Source: Eledone cirrhosa
Lineage: Eukaryota
DNA length: 64,000 nucleotides
Assembly: GCA_964016885.1 (NCBI GenBank)
Contig: OZ024741.1
Location: 31,434,001 to 31,498,000 of the forward strand
Reading direction: 5' to 3'
The notes below the pieces were generated by a model. That model was not told the DNA's origin. It worked only from the letters and a program-made list of their open reading frames with translations, and did not search any database. The translations under genes were made by a program, and so were the position numbers. Shown piece by piece: positions 40,394-54,959 of this stretch (positions are counted from its first letter, which is position 1; each line of letters begins with the position of its first letter).

Positions 40394-41900
40394 TTTCGTT
40401 TCTGAATTTGTTTAGCAAGATTCTTTATCTGAAAACGTGTGTTGAAACCGATATTGTTATACTTTGGGAGGGTCATGTTGCCAATAAGAAACACACGCAC
40501 CAGTTGCTTTCACTTCAATTTATTATAATAAATTTATAAATTTAGCAATTTATAAATTTCCGGTTGGTTCCACAACCAGATGGTTGTTTATATATTGTCA
40601 AAGTTCTTTCGTCACACATTCTGTAACCTCTTCAGTGACTGGGGATTCTTTTCTTTGTTTTTTGTGCCTCTCCTTTGTTCTATCCTACGCCATCTTGTTT
40701 TTGTGTGTGTGTTGTGTGCTTAGTTTGCGCATGTGTTACATCCGGGTGTCTGTGTGTGTTTATATTCCATTATTTATTTGTTTATTTACATGTTACTGGT
40801 TGGTTGTTTGTTCTATGAGCGTGTGTGTTTTCATTTTGTCCTTAATTGTAAGTTGTGATGTTGCTGTTCCACTCATATTTTCTATTTAATTTTGGTTGTA
40901 ATTCATTTATGTTTATTGCCTCTGTGATTTGTCTAAACATTGCGTCTTTTCCGTGTGTAGATTCTATTTTTATTTCTATGTTCTCTAATTTACCCTTATG
41001 TTCTATTTTAGCATGTTGGTAGAGTACAGATGATTCTTTACTATCTTGAAGGTCTCGCCAGTGTTCATTTATCCGTTCCCCTATACTACGAGCTGTCTCA
41101 CCTATGTACACTATATTTTTATCTCTACATTGTCCTTCAGTACATCTTATACTATATACTACATTTCTAGTTTTACAGTTAATATGAGGGCTTAATTTAC
41201 AGGTTATACATTTCTTATCTATACAGGGAGGTCTTTGAAAAGGGTATATCTTGCTAATAAGTGTTTTTATGGAGGTACCTGGTCTTTCTACTATCTTAAT
41301 ATTGAGTTTATGTTTATCTAGGGCCCTTCTAAATTTGTAAGCTAATTCACCTCTAGGGGTTGTATCGATGAACATCACACTCTGGTATTTATTGCTATCA
41401 TACCATGAGTTTATTCTATTAGCCTTATTCCTAGTTCTTTCTATTCTATTCCAAAATTTGGTCCTATACAAGGGGCAGGTCCCATTTGTGTCATTATTTA
41501 CCATTTTTTCCCATTTGGTTCTGACTCCTCTATACACTCTGATTTTATCTCTCTGATTGAAACCAGAGAACTGCATACGGTGGATGAAGTGTTGTATGTG
41601 TCTCTCTAGTTCTTCGGGGTTGCACATGCGGGACACGTTTCTCATCACCCGTACCAAATCCGCAATCAGTATGTTGATTTTGGTATGGTCCGAAACAGCT
41701 GAGTTTCGGTGGATCAGATATTTGGAAGTCATGGGTTTGGCATAATGGGAATGGAGGATTTGTTTTTTGTTATTAATGGTATCTAACCAGAGCTCTGTGT
41801 CTAGTACAGGTAATCGATGGTTGGGGTGTTTGCTTGGGTAGTCTATAGTAACTCTAATACTCTGGTGGATTTATGTTATTTATCCATATTCATACACGAA
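40391..41900 (-). mobile_element. 5'-truncated Penelope-like element (RT thumb + GIY-YIG)
   Basis: LPVLDTELW, YAKPMTS..IHRNSA, CKTRNVVYSIRC..YIGETARSIGERINEH, RQITEAINI; ORF 40842-41732. Confidence 0.9.
40597..40639 (-). ncRNA. Minimal hammerhead in PLE 3' region
   Basis: gtca-CTGAAGA-g gttaca gaatg tgtgac-GAAA-g aa c-TT-tgac. Confidence 0.7.
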
Positions 41901-42201
41901 ACAAAAGTGCTACCAATGGTTTCAAGACCACATGTTGACCATCCCCAGATTGTAAGTACGATCCAGTTTCTGACCCTGTCTTCAGGCGCTTGGACGAGTT
42001 TGAAGATACCGTTAAAAAGATAGAGTGTTAAACGTTTCTTTATTAAGTATGTTCCAAGCGTCATTAAGAAAGTTTCTGAAAATGGAGGGATAAAAATCAA
42101 TAATACCAAACTGTGTGAATTTGGCTCTATTACTTAAAGGAGATTTCTGTGAACCAGGATATGACAGTTGTATTATTCCACAGTGAGAGGCTGGTGTTTT
42201 T

Positions 42202-42392
42202 AATAATTGTTTCTACTTTTGGCACAAGGCCAGCAATTAACCAGTGCATTACTGGTACTTTATTTTATCGACCCCGTAAGGATGAAAGGCAAAGTTAACC
42301 TCGGTGGGATTTGAACTTAGAACATAAAGGGACGTAACTATGCTGGAAAGCATGGCGTCCGACCCTCTACCGATACTGCCAATTCACCGCCC
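42202..42392 (-). mobile_element. tRNA-derived SINE (first family)
   Basis: Full-length match to the 836-1027 family. Confidence 0.9.
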
Positions 42393-42394
42393 TG

Positions 42395-42870
42395 ATAATA
42401 GAAGCAATGATGTCTCTTAACATTTGTTTTACTAGATAGTCTTAACACTGGCCTTGCAGGATTTATCAATCTACAGCTAAGCCTGTTTGTGAAGTCAGGT
42501 TTGTGACTCTTAAAAGTAATGAAGACATCACATTCAGCTAAACGTTCTACTCTAGTGTCGATCTTAAAATTTATGGCAATACCTACAGCTTCAACGTTAA
42601 TCATGTTATAGGTATTAGGTTTGCTGTCCTGGTATTTATTACTTATGATATTAAGGATATAATGGTTATACTTTTCTTTATCTACTTCATACACATTTCT
42701 TCTGTTGTCTGAAAAGACAAATATATTATTAAAGGATTTGATTTTTCAAAGTCATTTAAAAAAGTGTATGGTGGAAGGGATTGTAGTACTTACGGAACTT
42801 GATATTGGAAACTATATCTAACAGGTTAGCTTGGAATAAGGCTAAGTCCTTAAATCGGGGGGGGGGGGGG
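42395..42870 (-). mobile_element. N-terminal fragment of a Hydra-like PLE
   Basis: DLLDIVSNIKFRK-like, YEVDKEKY, INVEA, FITFKSHKPDFTNRLSCRLINPA, matching the N-terminal parts of the 16428 and 60495 elements. Confidence 0.75.
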
Positions 42871-43479
42871 GCTACGTAATTGAATTGATCTTGTTCATTT
42901 TCCTTTTTCGCAACCACTGATATTTCATTACATATACCCCCCCCCCACACTCACATACACACACACATACACACACACATATATATATATATATATTTAT
43001 GTCAGGTCAGGTTTCTAACTGCTACTGGTAACATGTAGGCAGTAAAATCTACTTCATACTCGAGTGGTCAGCGACTAAACCAGTCCCCACCTGACACTGG
43101 TCTGAGAAAGAGAGTAAGAGGAACTCCAGGAGCACAAAAAAAACAGGAGATGTCAAAGTGTTGGTGAACTCCTCAGAATCAAAGGTCACCCACAACAAAT
43201 ATGGGTTAAATGGCCTCACCAACCCGGCCAAGCGAGGTGAGTATGGCTACACCCATGGAGAGGTTAAACTCCATGACAATAACATATTCAATCTTCGTAA
43301 CTGTCTTGTATTCTTGCTTTGGCTTGTCACTGGACACATAGCTGCGGGGATGGTGTGGGTGCTCTCTGTGTAGCACAAGCAGGTAGCATTGAATTCTTTA
43401 TGTACATATACTTCTTTATAAGTCCTACAGCGATGGGGGCAGTGGTTACGTGTGCAAACTCGACCGGATAGAAGCACAA

Positions 43480-43870
43480 TGTCATAAAACTACACGAGGG
43501 CGGCTTGAGACTTATTCTAACGTCACTTCACTGTTAACCCGAATAGCAACATCTCTTGGGCGTCTGGGCAGCTTAGCACTGAGGATGAAGAACTCAGATC
43601 TGTACGGAAACATCCCAAAAGCCAACGCGAAAGTAACACAGAGGAGACTGAGGTTATCTGGACATGTTCATCGACATTCAGAGTTGACACTGTACTCAGT
43701 GGACTTGTGGGAGACCCTACACAGACTCACTGGCAGAGGGAGATCGAGGATGGCATATGTTGATGCCCTAAGGACAGACACTGGTCTCTGGGAGACGCGG
43801 CAATGATGAAGGACATAGACCGCTGGAAAGAACTCATTCATGGACCTCGGGAATTTTACCCACCCTAGAT
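43480..43870 (+). mobile_element. RTE-like LINE 3' remnant
   Basis: NSDLYGNIPK..VTQRRLRLSGHVHRH..LWE..GRGRSRMAYVDALRTDTGL. Confidence 0.7.
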
Positions 43871-44325
43871 AGATAAATATACGTTTAGAAATTCTTTCTA
43901 GCATTGACACAAGATTAGTAATTTGTGCAGGGAAGGGGAAAGTTGACTATGAATGAAAGAATAAGGGTAAGTAGTATTTATTAATCGGTTGTTTTACGAT
44001 AGTTTCTACTGAGTGCAAAAATAGTTGCTTTTTTTCACTAGCATGGTTCAGAAAATACTGATAAATATGGTATGGAAATTAAAAAAAATACTGCCGTATA
44101 TCAATATCTCTGAATTATCTATCAGCTAATGTCCATATTGCATTTCATAACTTAAAAGGACGGTAAGTAACTGACGTTTTCCAATGATGCCATGTTAATA
44201 TGATTGTGTCTTTGAAAGCCCAAAGACACAATTACTGCACTTAAGCATTAGGAATTAAGAAAACAAGGAAATAAAAAGATAAGAAAATATACCCTAATAT
44301 GTCCGCCTCGTGGTTCCGGACGATT

Positions 44326-44934
44326 GGACGGAGAAGTCATTGCCCCGGACGACGGCGATGGAGAAGACATTAGCCCGGACGACGGTGATGGAGAAGACAT
44401 TGGCCCGGACGACGGTGATGGAGAAGTCATTGCCCCGGACGACAGCGATGGAGAAGACATTGCCCCAGACGACGGTGATGGAGAAGACATTGCCCCGGAC
44501 GACGGCGATGGAGAAGTCATTGCCCCGGACGACGGCGATGGAGATGACATTGCCCCGGACGACGGCGATGGAGATGACATTGCCCCGGACGACGGCGATG
44601 GAGATGACATTGCCCCGGACGACGGCGATGGAGAAGATATTACCCCGGACGACGGCGATGGAGAAGATATTACCCCGGACGACGGCGATGGAGAAGACAT
44701 TGGCCCAGACGACGGTGATGGAGAAGATATTGCCCCGTACGACGGTGATGGAGAAGATATTGCCCCAGACGACGGCGATGGAGAAGATATTGCCCCAGAC
44801 GACGGTGATGGAGAAGATATTGCCCCAGACGACGGTGATGGAGAAGTCATTACCCCGGACGACGGCGATGGAGAAGATATTGCCCCAGACGTCGGCGATG
44901 GAGAAGATATTACCCCAGACGACGGCGATGGAGG
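44326..44934. repeat. GC-rich 30-bp minisatellite, about 20 units, GACGGCGATGGAGAAGACATTGCCCCGGAC
   Basis: Direct reading; the minus-strand flank and unit match the CRE-like 3' end at 56290-56360. Confidence 0.95.
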
Positions 44935-45108
44935 CATACTGGAACAGCCACTCTACCTTAAGCTAAGTTAAAATCTGTTCTTAAACTTGCTGCTCTTATT
45001 TCTGGTTTTTGGTTATTGTTGCGGTTATTGTTGTTTTTCTGTTGTTGTTGTTTATTTTTGTTGTTAACTTTCATTCGTCTTCTTTTCTTTTCACTATTGG
45101 TTAACATT

Positions 45109-45311
45109 AGGGCGGCGGATTGGTAGTATCGTAGAGGGTCGGATACCATGCTTTACAGCATAGTGTTACGGCCCTTTATGATTTGAGTTAAAATCCCGAC
45201 GAGGTTAACTTTGTATTTCATCCTTACGGGGTCGATAAAATAAAGTACCAGTCACGCACTGGGGTCGATTTAATCGACTTTACCCTCCCCCAAAATTGCT
45301 GGCCTTCTGCC
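45109..45311 (+). mobile_element. tRNA SINE, longer variant
   Basis: First family with extra GGGGTCGATTTAATCGACTTTACCCTCCCCC segment; diverged inverted relative at about 45484-45680. Confidence 0.8.
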
Positions 45312-45937
45312 ACTATTGGTTAACATTTCTTTTCTTTATTTTCTGGGGTTTTTTTCATTCATTCATTCTTTCTTTTTTAATTTTCTTTATTTCTTTGTGT
45401 CTTTATTGTTCCATTGTCCGCCCCTTACACCGTTTCTCTCTCCCACTCTCGCTTATATCACTCCTATTTCTTTATCAAAATAATAATGGTTTCTCATCTC
45501 GACACAAGGCCAACAATTTTGTGAGGGAGGGACAAGTCAATTAAATCGAAACCCGTACATTACTGGTACTTTATTTTATCGACCTCGTAAGGATAAAAAT
45601 CAAAGCTTAACCTCGGCGGAATTTGAATTCTGAACATAGAGGGATGTAACTATCTGAGTGAGAGTGACGTCCGAACGTGTATACTCCACTACTATCTAAC
45701 ATACCCACTGTCTCTGTGTCTCGCCTGTATCTATTTACCGTCGGACAATAAAACACCGACTCCCCGTCTATCTCTCTATCTTTCGAAATATCTACCTTTT
45801 TATCAGTCAAACTACCTTCCAACATACATCCCTACATAACTACTTGACTATTCTCCATTCATCTATCTCACCTCCTTCTCCCTCTTTCTTTCTTTCTCTC
45901 TCTCCCACTGTCCTTCTCTTTATATATATATATATAT

Positions 45938-46047
<110 letters not shown>

Positions 46048-46506
46048 ATATATATATATATATATATATATATCTTTAACTACTGCTTTTCGTAATCTCT
46101 TTCTAATCATTTTCTTTATTAATGTCTTCCTACGCCGTCGCACGTATTTGCCTTTCCTTAATCTCTCGCTATTCACATACACATACACACACATACACAG
46201 ACACACAGACACACACACACACACACGCGCGGGGCACACACATACACACACACCCGCACACATATACATACACACACATTTACACCCACTCTCTCTCTCT
46301 CTCTTTCACACACATACACGCACACACACACACACACACACACACGTGGACAACCACACGCACACACACACACACGTGGACAATCACACGCACACATAAA
46401 CGCACACAATCACACACACACTCTTTCTCTCTCATTCACGCACACATTCACTGGAACACCACACTAATCTTTCTCTTCATTGTTACGCCCCTATCTCTCT
46501 CTTTCT

Positions 46507-46565
<59 letters not shown>

Positions 46566-46829
46566 TCTCTCTCTCTCATTCTATCTATCTATCTCTCTGG
46601 CTCCCTCTCACTCTCAATCTCTCTCTCTGTCTGACTCTCTCCTCTCCCTCTCTCTATGTATCACTTCCCCATCTCTCTCTTTCTCTCATTCCCTGTCTCT
46701 CCATTATCTGTGATATTTGCATTATTCAAGAAAGTCTCTTCAAGCCACATTTCCATGTCATTTATTATTCAACATATTCGATACTATTTAATGAAAACAC
46801 TGAATGAGGTTATGGCGTAGTCATGCATG

Positions 46830-48950
46830 TGTGAGGGAGAAGGAGTGAGTGACGGTGTGAGGGAGAAGGAGTGGGTGAGTGAGTGACGGTGTGATTGAAG
46901 GAGTGAGTGAGTGATGGTGTGATTGAAGGAGTGACTGAGTGATGGTGTGATTGAAGGAGTGACTGAGTGACGGAGTGATTGAAGGAGTGAGTGAGTGACG
47001 ATGTGAGGGAGAATAAGTGACTGAGTGACGGAGTGATTGAAGGAGTGAGTGAGTGACGGAGTGATTGAAGGAGTGAGTGAGTGACTGAGTGATTGAAGGA
47101 GTGAGTGAGTGACGGAGTGATTGAAAGAGTGAGTGAGTGACGGTATGATTGAAGGAGTGAAGGAGTGAGTGAGTGATGGTGTGATGGAGTGATTGAAGGA
47201 GTGAGTGAGTGACGGAGTGATTGAAGGAGTGAATGAATAACGGTGTGATTGAAGGAGTGAGTGAGTAACGGAGTGTTTGAAGGAGTGAGTGAGTGACGGA
47301 GTGATTGAAGGTGTGAATGAGTGACGGTGTGATTGAAGGAGTGAGTGAGTGATGGTGTGATGGAGTGATTGAAGGAGTGAGTGAATGACGGAGTGATTGA
47401 AGGAGTGAGTGAGTGATGGTGTGATGGAGTGATTGAAGGAGTGAGTGAGTGACGGAGTGATTGAAGGAGTGAGTGAATGACGGTGTGATTGAAGGGGTGA
47501 GTGAGTGACAGAGTGATTGAAGGAGTGAGTGAGTGTGTGATGGAGTGATTGAAGGAGTGAATGAATGACGGAGTGATTGAAGGAGTGAGTGAATGACGGT
47601 GTGATTGAAGGAATGAGTGAGTGACGGTGTGATTGAAGGAGTGAGTGAATGACGGAGTGATTGAAGGAGTGAGTGAGTGACGGAATGATTGAATGACGGA
47701 GTGATTGAAGGAGTGAGTGAGTGAGGGTGTGATTGAAGGAGTGAGTGAATAACGGAGTGATTGAAGGAGTGAATGAATGACGGTGTGATTGAAGGAGTGA
47801 GTGAGTGACGGTGTATTTGAAGAAGTGAGTGAGTGACGGAGTGATTGAAGGAGTGAGTGAGTGACGGAGTGATTGAAGGAGTGAGTGAATGACGGAGTGA
47901 TTGAAGGTGTGAGTGAGTGACGGAGTGATTAAAGGAGTGAGTGAGTGAGGGAGTGATTGAAGGAGTGAGTGAGTGAATGACGGAGTGATTGAAGGAGTGA
48001 GTGAGTGACGATGTGATTGAAGGAGCGAGTGAGTGACGGAGTGATGGAAACAGTGAGTGAGTGACGGAGTGATTGATGGAGTGAGTGAATGACGGTGTGA
48101 TTGAAGGAGTGAGTGAAGGAGTGATTGACGGAGTGAGTGAGTGACGGTGTATTTGAAGGTGTGAATGAGTGACGGTGTGATTGAAGGAGTGAGTGACGGA
48201 GTGATTAAAGGAGTGAGTGAGTGACGGTGTGGTTGAAGGAGTCAGTGAGTAGAGTGACGGAGTGATTGAAGGAGTGACTGAGTGACGGTGTGGTTGTAGG
48301 CGTGAGTGAGTGACGGTGTGATTGAAGGAGTGAGTGAATGACGGAGTGATTGAATGAGTGAGTGAGTGACGGAGTGATTGAAGGAGTGAGTGAATGACGG
48401 AGTGTTTGAAGGATTGAGTGAGTGACGGAATGATTGAAGGAGTGAGTGAGTGACGGAGTGATTGAAGGAGTGAGTGACGGAGTGATTGAAGTAGTGAGTG
48501 AGTGACGGAATGATTGAAGAAGTGAGTGACGGAGTGATTGAAGGAATGCAGGATTGAAGGAGTGAAGGTGTGAAGGAGTGAGTGAGTGACGGTGCGATTG
48601 AAGGAGTGAGTGAGTGACGGAATGATTGAAGAAGTGAGTGAGTGATGGAGTGATTGAAGGAGTGAGTGAGTGACGGTGCGATTGAAGGAGTGAGTGAGTG
48701 ACGGAATGATTGAAGAAGTGAGTGAGTGACGGAGTGATTGAAGGAATGAAGGATTGAATGAGTGAAGGTGTGAAGGAGTGAGTGGGTGACGGTGCGATTG
48801 AAGGAGTGAGTGAGTGAGTGACGGAGTGATTGAAGGAATGAAGGAGTGAAGGAGTGAAGGTGTGAAGGAGTGAGTGAGTGACGGTGCGATTGAAGGAGTG
48901 ACAGAGTGAAGGAGTGATAGGGTGAAGGACTGATGGGGTGAAGGGGTGAA
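46830..48950. repeat. ~28-bp (GAGT)n-based minisatellite GACGGAGTGATTGAAGGAGTGAGTGAGT
   Basis: Tandem array with unit length varying by 4 bp. Confidence 0.92.
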
Positions 48951-49279
48951 GGAAAGACTTATTGACAAAGAGTGAGAGTGAGAGTAAGAGAAAGATTGGA
49001 TGAGAGATTAAGGTAATCCACTCTATGAATGAATGACAAATCTGTATTAACTGTGACTCTGTGTGAGTGTGTGTCTGTGTGTGTCTGTGCGTGTGTGAGT
49101 GTGTGTCTGTGTGTGTGTCTGTGTGTGTGTCTGTGTGTGTGTGTCTGTGTGTGTGTGTGTCTGTGTGTGTGTCTGTGTGTCTGTGTGTGTCTGTGTCTGT
49201 GTGTGTGTCTGTGTATGTGTGTGTGTGTGTGTCTGTGTGTGTCTTGTGTGTGTCTGTGTGTGTGTGTGTCTGTGTGTGT

Positions 49280-49317
<38 letters not shown>

Positions 49318-50884
49318 CTGTGTTGTATTAACTAAAATCTAAATTCAAAATAGATTAGTCCCCCTTTTTTTCTATGCAGTATAGCCTTGTTTGAACAAAT
49401 TCATAGTGACATTTTATCATTACGGTCGCCATTGTATCGTGATCATGTGCTATGCAAGGAACGGAGCAGTAACACACACACACACACACATTGTTGTAGA
49501 AATACACACACCTTGTTATACAGACATACACACACACATAAATTTCGACCCACGGACAACCATGCAGGAGCACGTACACATATATACACATATATACATA
49601 CATATATACACATATATACATATAGACATTCATACATATATATACATACATATATACACATATATACATATATATACATACATATATACACATATATACA
49701 TACACATATATACACATATATACACACATATATATACATACACATACATATATACACATACACAAATATACATATACATATATATACACACACATATACA
49801 CATATATACATATACACATACATAAGTATATATATATACACATACATATACATACATACATACATACACATATATACACATACACAAGTATACACTTATA
49901 CACACACATATATACATACACATACACATATATATATACACATACACAGAATCATTGAAACCTGAAACAATGCCTTTTTTAATATTTGTTCCACTATCTG
50001 GCGCATCGATGTCACATTGAGAGATCACAACTCCGATACAATGTCCAGGTGCTTAGAATGTCTCAGGAAAAAAAAATGACTGGACAGATTTTACGGGCAA
50101 AAATCAACCGGCAAAAAGACCTAGGGGTAGACCCTCGAGCAAAATGGTTGGTGGATAACATCCATGACATGAGCTCGGCTGGTCTCGCTTGGGGATTCAG
50201 CTGGTTCAGTTGGAGACGGTTACTTTTAAAAGGACCAGCTGGAAGGAATGTTTGAGGACTCTACCCCCCCCCCCCCCCCCCCCCCCCACACACACACACC
50301 ACCACCACTACCACCACCGCCGCCACCACCACCACCATCACCACGACGCCACGACCCTCTCAGGAACACGTGAGCGAAGAAGAAGAAGAAGAAGAAGAAG
50401 AAGAAGAACTCGACATAATAAACTACGTGACCAATGTAGTAGAATGACGGAATTCTAGAGCGTCGGTTTTTTGGTGTTCTCTGCATTCTAAATAAAAGTC
50501 CTGCCGTGGTTCAGTTGTGTGGTAGACGTAAATCTCACCCAGTTTATCACTGACATTTAATACTTGGATACTTTAATAAAGCTGTGTTACAACCATCCAA
50601 GCCATGTCTCCAGGTTGAGTATAACATACTTTCTCTTTCCAACTAATGTTAGACGCCCTACAAATTTTCGTGGTTGCTGCCATGGCTAAACAATACCCTT
50701 CTCCACAAAAGAAGTGTAGAAATTTTTGAAGTTGTTTCTCTATGTATATTGAGTTAAAATCTCACAAAAAAGATTCGACATAGCTTTTTATTCTCGCGGG
50801 ATTCAGTCCAATATTGTCTTAATCTGTATTTGATGAAAGGATTACCGCGGCCCTGAATTGAATGTTCATTTCTCTGAGCCTTGT

Positions 50885-51020
50885 GTGAAGGCGTGTGGCT
50901 GACTGGTTAGAGAATTGGATTAACAATCTTGAGTTGTGAGTTCGATTCTTGGACCGGGCGATGCGTTATGTCCTTGAGCAAGACCCTTTATTTAACGTTG
51001 CTCCTTCTACCTGGAGTTGC
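50885..51020 (+). mobile_element. tRNA-derived SINE 5' part (second family)
   Basis: TGGCTGACTGGTTAGA A box, GAGTTCGATTC B box, TGTCCTTGAGCAAGAC. Confidence 0.7.
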
Positions 51021-51398
51021 AACTGGAACAACCAATGGAAACATTGTTTCATCGGTCCGATTTGACGAAAGTCGATCGATCCATTTTTCTCTGAGCCTTC
51101 ACATAGTCCATTACAAAATAGGGCGGCCCCAAACGTCGTACTAAACAGGTACAATTTTTATGGAGCCCAAAGTGATCAAAAGTATAGTTGGCCCCCGGTA
51201 AAATTTGAATGTACATCGTAGAGAGCTGGTAAAATATTGAATGACAATCTTTCTGCCGTTCTAAAATGTCTACCAATTCACTGCCTAACTTGAATATAAT
51301 TATCTGGAATGAATTATTGTTAATATGAATATAAATTTTCCGACTGCGAGATTAATGGTCTGATGGACACACATACACATTCATATATATATATGAAT

Positions 51399-51435
<37 letters not shown>

Positions 51436-52043
51436 TGGGTGTGTATGTGTGGGTGGGTGTACATATAAATATACATACATACATTAAATATATATGAATG
51501 TATATATATATATATGAATGTATATAATTGATGCACATTATTCTAAATACATTCACATAAAATCCAGATTCACAGACGCGGATCAGGTGGCGAAAAAGTT
51601 TTCTTCACACATCCATGACATCACATCGCTATTCACCCCACTCTCTCTCTTTCTCAATCTCTGTCTCTTTCACTCTCTCTCTTTCTCACTCTCTCTCTCT
51701 TTCTCACTCTCTCTCTCTTTCTCACTCTCTCTCTCTTTCTCACCCTCTCTCTCTTTCTCACCCTCTCTCTCTTTCTCACTCTCTCTCTTTCTCACTCTCT
51801 CTCTCTTTCTCACAAACTTAAATAAGTATGTGTTTATTAATTTATGTAGTGTCACATTACTGGATGTGGATAAACCAATAATAATAATAATAGTAATAAT
51901 AATAATAATTGTTTCTACTTTAGGCACAAGGCCAGCAATTACCCAGTGCATTACTGGTACTTTATTTTATCGAATAATAATGATAATGATTTCATTTATT
52001 AGCCACAAGGGCCGACAAATAATAATAATAATAATAATAATAA

Positions 52044-52398
52044 CTTCCTGATTGTGGATGTGGCCTGCCCATTCGACACGAGAGTGCAAGAGAAGGAGAG
52101 GGAGAAAATTAACCGATACCAGGACTTAAAGTGGAAGGTAAAAAGGATTTGGAATTGCCATGAGGTCAAAGTGGTCCCTATTGTCATAGGCGCACTAGCT
52201 ACTATCTCAAAGGATTTCCAAGGATGGTTAAAGAAAATTGGCCCCGCCCCGCTTTTTGGAACACTTCAAAAGGCATGCTTGCTGGGAACAGCAAGAACCT
52301 TCCGATACGTCCTGAATGTCTGAGGCTGCAGGTAGTGTCTTGATATTCATTTCAACAAACTTTCCAGTTAAATAACATCAATGACTGAGACTCAAAGA
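52044..52398 (+). mobile_element. Dong/R4-like LINE 3' fragment inserted in (TAA)n
   Basis: VDVACPFD..KEREKINRYQDL..VVPIVIGALATI..LQKACLLGTAR; (AAT)n on both sides. Confidence 0.88.
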
Positions 52399-52409
52399 AT
52401 AATAATAAT

Positions 52410-52600
52410 AATAATTGTTTCTACTTTAGCCACAAGGGCAGCAATCACCCAGTGCATTACTGGTACTTTATTTTATCGACCCCGTAAGGATGAAAGGCAA
52501 AGTCAACCTCGGTGGGATTTAAACTCAGAATGTAAAGAGACGTAACTATGCTACAAAACATGGCGTCTGACCCACTACCGATACTGGCAAGCCAGCGCCC
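52410..52600 (-). mobile_element. tRNA SINE (first family); partial copy also at 51904-51972
   Basis: Family match. Confidence 0.88.
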
Positions 52601-52879
52601 TTTATAATAATAATAGTAATAATGAATATAAGTTATTAAGAAGAATTACAATTTAATGTCATTTATACAACGTTTGCTGATATTCATTTCCGATGGATTG
52701 CCTATTTAATATTCTCGTTAAATCTTTTATTAAATTAATAAATTCATAAAGATATAAACAATATAAAGAAAATGGATATTCATGTATTTAATATTAATTC
52801 AAAGATATGATATAATATTCGGAAAATACATTTTTTTTTACACTCTTACAATTAGACATGCATACACACACACGTATAT

Positions 52880-52990
<111 letters not shown>

Positions 52991-53000
52991 CATATATATA

Positions 53001-53035
<35 letters not shown>

Positions 53036-53056
53036 GGATATATATATACATATATA

Positions 53057-53087
<31 letters not shown>

Positions 53088-53124
53088 GTATATATATGTA
53101 TATATATATATATATATGTATATG

Positions 53125-53175
<51 letters not shown>

Positions 53176-53672
53176 GTAAGCAGATATAGATAGTCTTATA
53201 TCAGGCATACACACACACACACACACTCACACACACACACACACACACATTGTCGCACCGATGATCACCATCGAAAAGAGACTCAAACATATATACATAT
53301 ACATGCATACACATATACATATATACACATAAATACACAGATGCCATAATATACCGACTCATTTATACATACGCACATCCAAATAGATACATATTTTCAA
53401 AACAAAACAGATAGCTTATTATGTATAAGCATGCGCACATTTGTACACACACACACATACACACACACACAAACATACACACATATACATACATACACAC
53501 ACACACATACAGAGAGCCAGACAAACACACACGTTCGTGCATTAACGTCCGATATATACTCAAAGCCACACACACACACGTTCACACATAAACATCCAAT
53601 ACAAACTCGAAGACACTCGTACACATACACACACGTCCGCATATTAACAACCGATACAAACTCAAATACACA

Positions 53673-53747
<75 letters not shown>

Positions 53748-54690
53748 ACACGTCCGCATATTAACAACCGATACAAACTCAAATACACACGTACACACAC
53801 ACACACACACATACACACATACACACACACACACACGTCCGCACATTAACAACCGATACAAACTCAAAGACGCACATACACATTCATACACTCACACACA
53901 CACACACACATACTCACATTAACATCCGATACACACACAAAGATACACGTACACACATACAAGCACACACACACACACACGTTCTTGCATTAACATATAA
54001 TACACACTCAAAGACACACGTACACACACATGCAGACACATACACACACATAAACACACACATTCATGCATTAACATAAAATGCACAGTCAAAGACACAC
54101 GTACACACATACACGTACACACACATACAGAACCCTCACACACACACTGACACACACACACATACAGGACCCTCACACACACACTGATACACACACACAC
54201 TGACACACACACATACATAACCCTCACACACATTGACACACACACACATACAGAACCCTCACACACACACACACTGACACACACATACAGAATCCTCACA
54301 CACACACTGACACACACTCATACAGAACCCTCACACACACTGACACACACACACTGACACACACGCACACACTGACACACACACTGACACACACACATAC
54401 AGAACCCTCACACACACACTGACACTGACACACACACACCATTATGATTATCTGCGTTGTTTACAAACTATTCTTGCCAACGATGACGTAAAATGTTGTT
54501 CACACAATTTCCAAGAATATAAATTGTTAATGAAATTGACAAATCGTATCTTGAAGGATCTCTAAGATATTTAATTAATTAATTAATTCCTAATAATAAT
54601 AATGATGATGATGCTGATCATAATGATGATGAGGATGATGATGATAATAACCACCACCACCACCACCACCACCACCACCACCACCACGGC

Positions 54691-54736
<46 letters not shown>

Positions 54737-54745
54737 CCAATAACA

Positions 54746-54931
54746 ATAATTGTTTCTACTTTTGGCACAAGGCCAGCAATTATCCCAGTGTATTACAGGT
54801 CCTTTATTTTATCGACCCCGTAAGTATGAAAGGCAAAGTTAACCTCGACGGGATTTGAACTCAGACCGCAAAGGGACGTAACTCATTGCTGAAAAGCATG
54901 GCGTCCGACCCTCTACCGATACTGCCAATCC
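54746..54931 (-). mobile_element. tRNA SINE (first family)
   Basis: Family match. Confidence 0.9.
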
Positions 54932-54959
54932 ATCAATAACAAAAATAATAATAAAAATC

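Noticed and set aside
44248-44971. Acidic DDGDGEDIAP (biomineral/Ca-binding) or SPSPSSG mucin-like protein
   Set aside because: A stop-free 30-bp unit is open in several frames; the flank identifies it as amplified CRE-like sequence; no splice or start evidence
46821-48968. 715-aa His/Ser/Thr-rich ORF
   Set aside because: Minisatellite read-through; 4-bp unit changes shift frame freely, so there is no coding constraint
51200-51312. Possible minus-strand host exon after ttcattccag (IIIFKLGSELVDILERQKD...)
   Set aside because: No recognisable protein similarity or partner exons; needs RNA-seq
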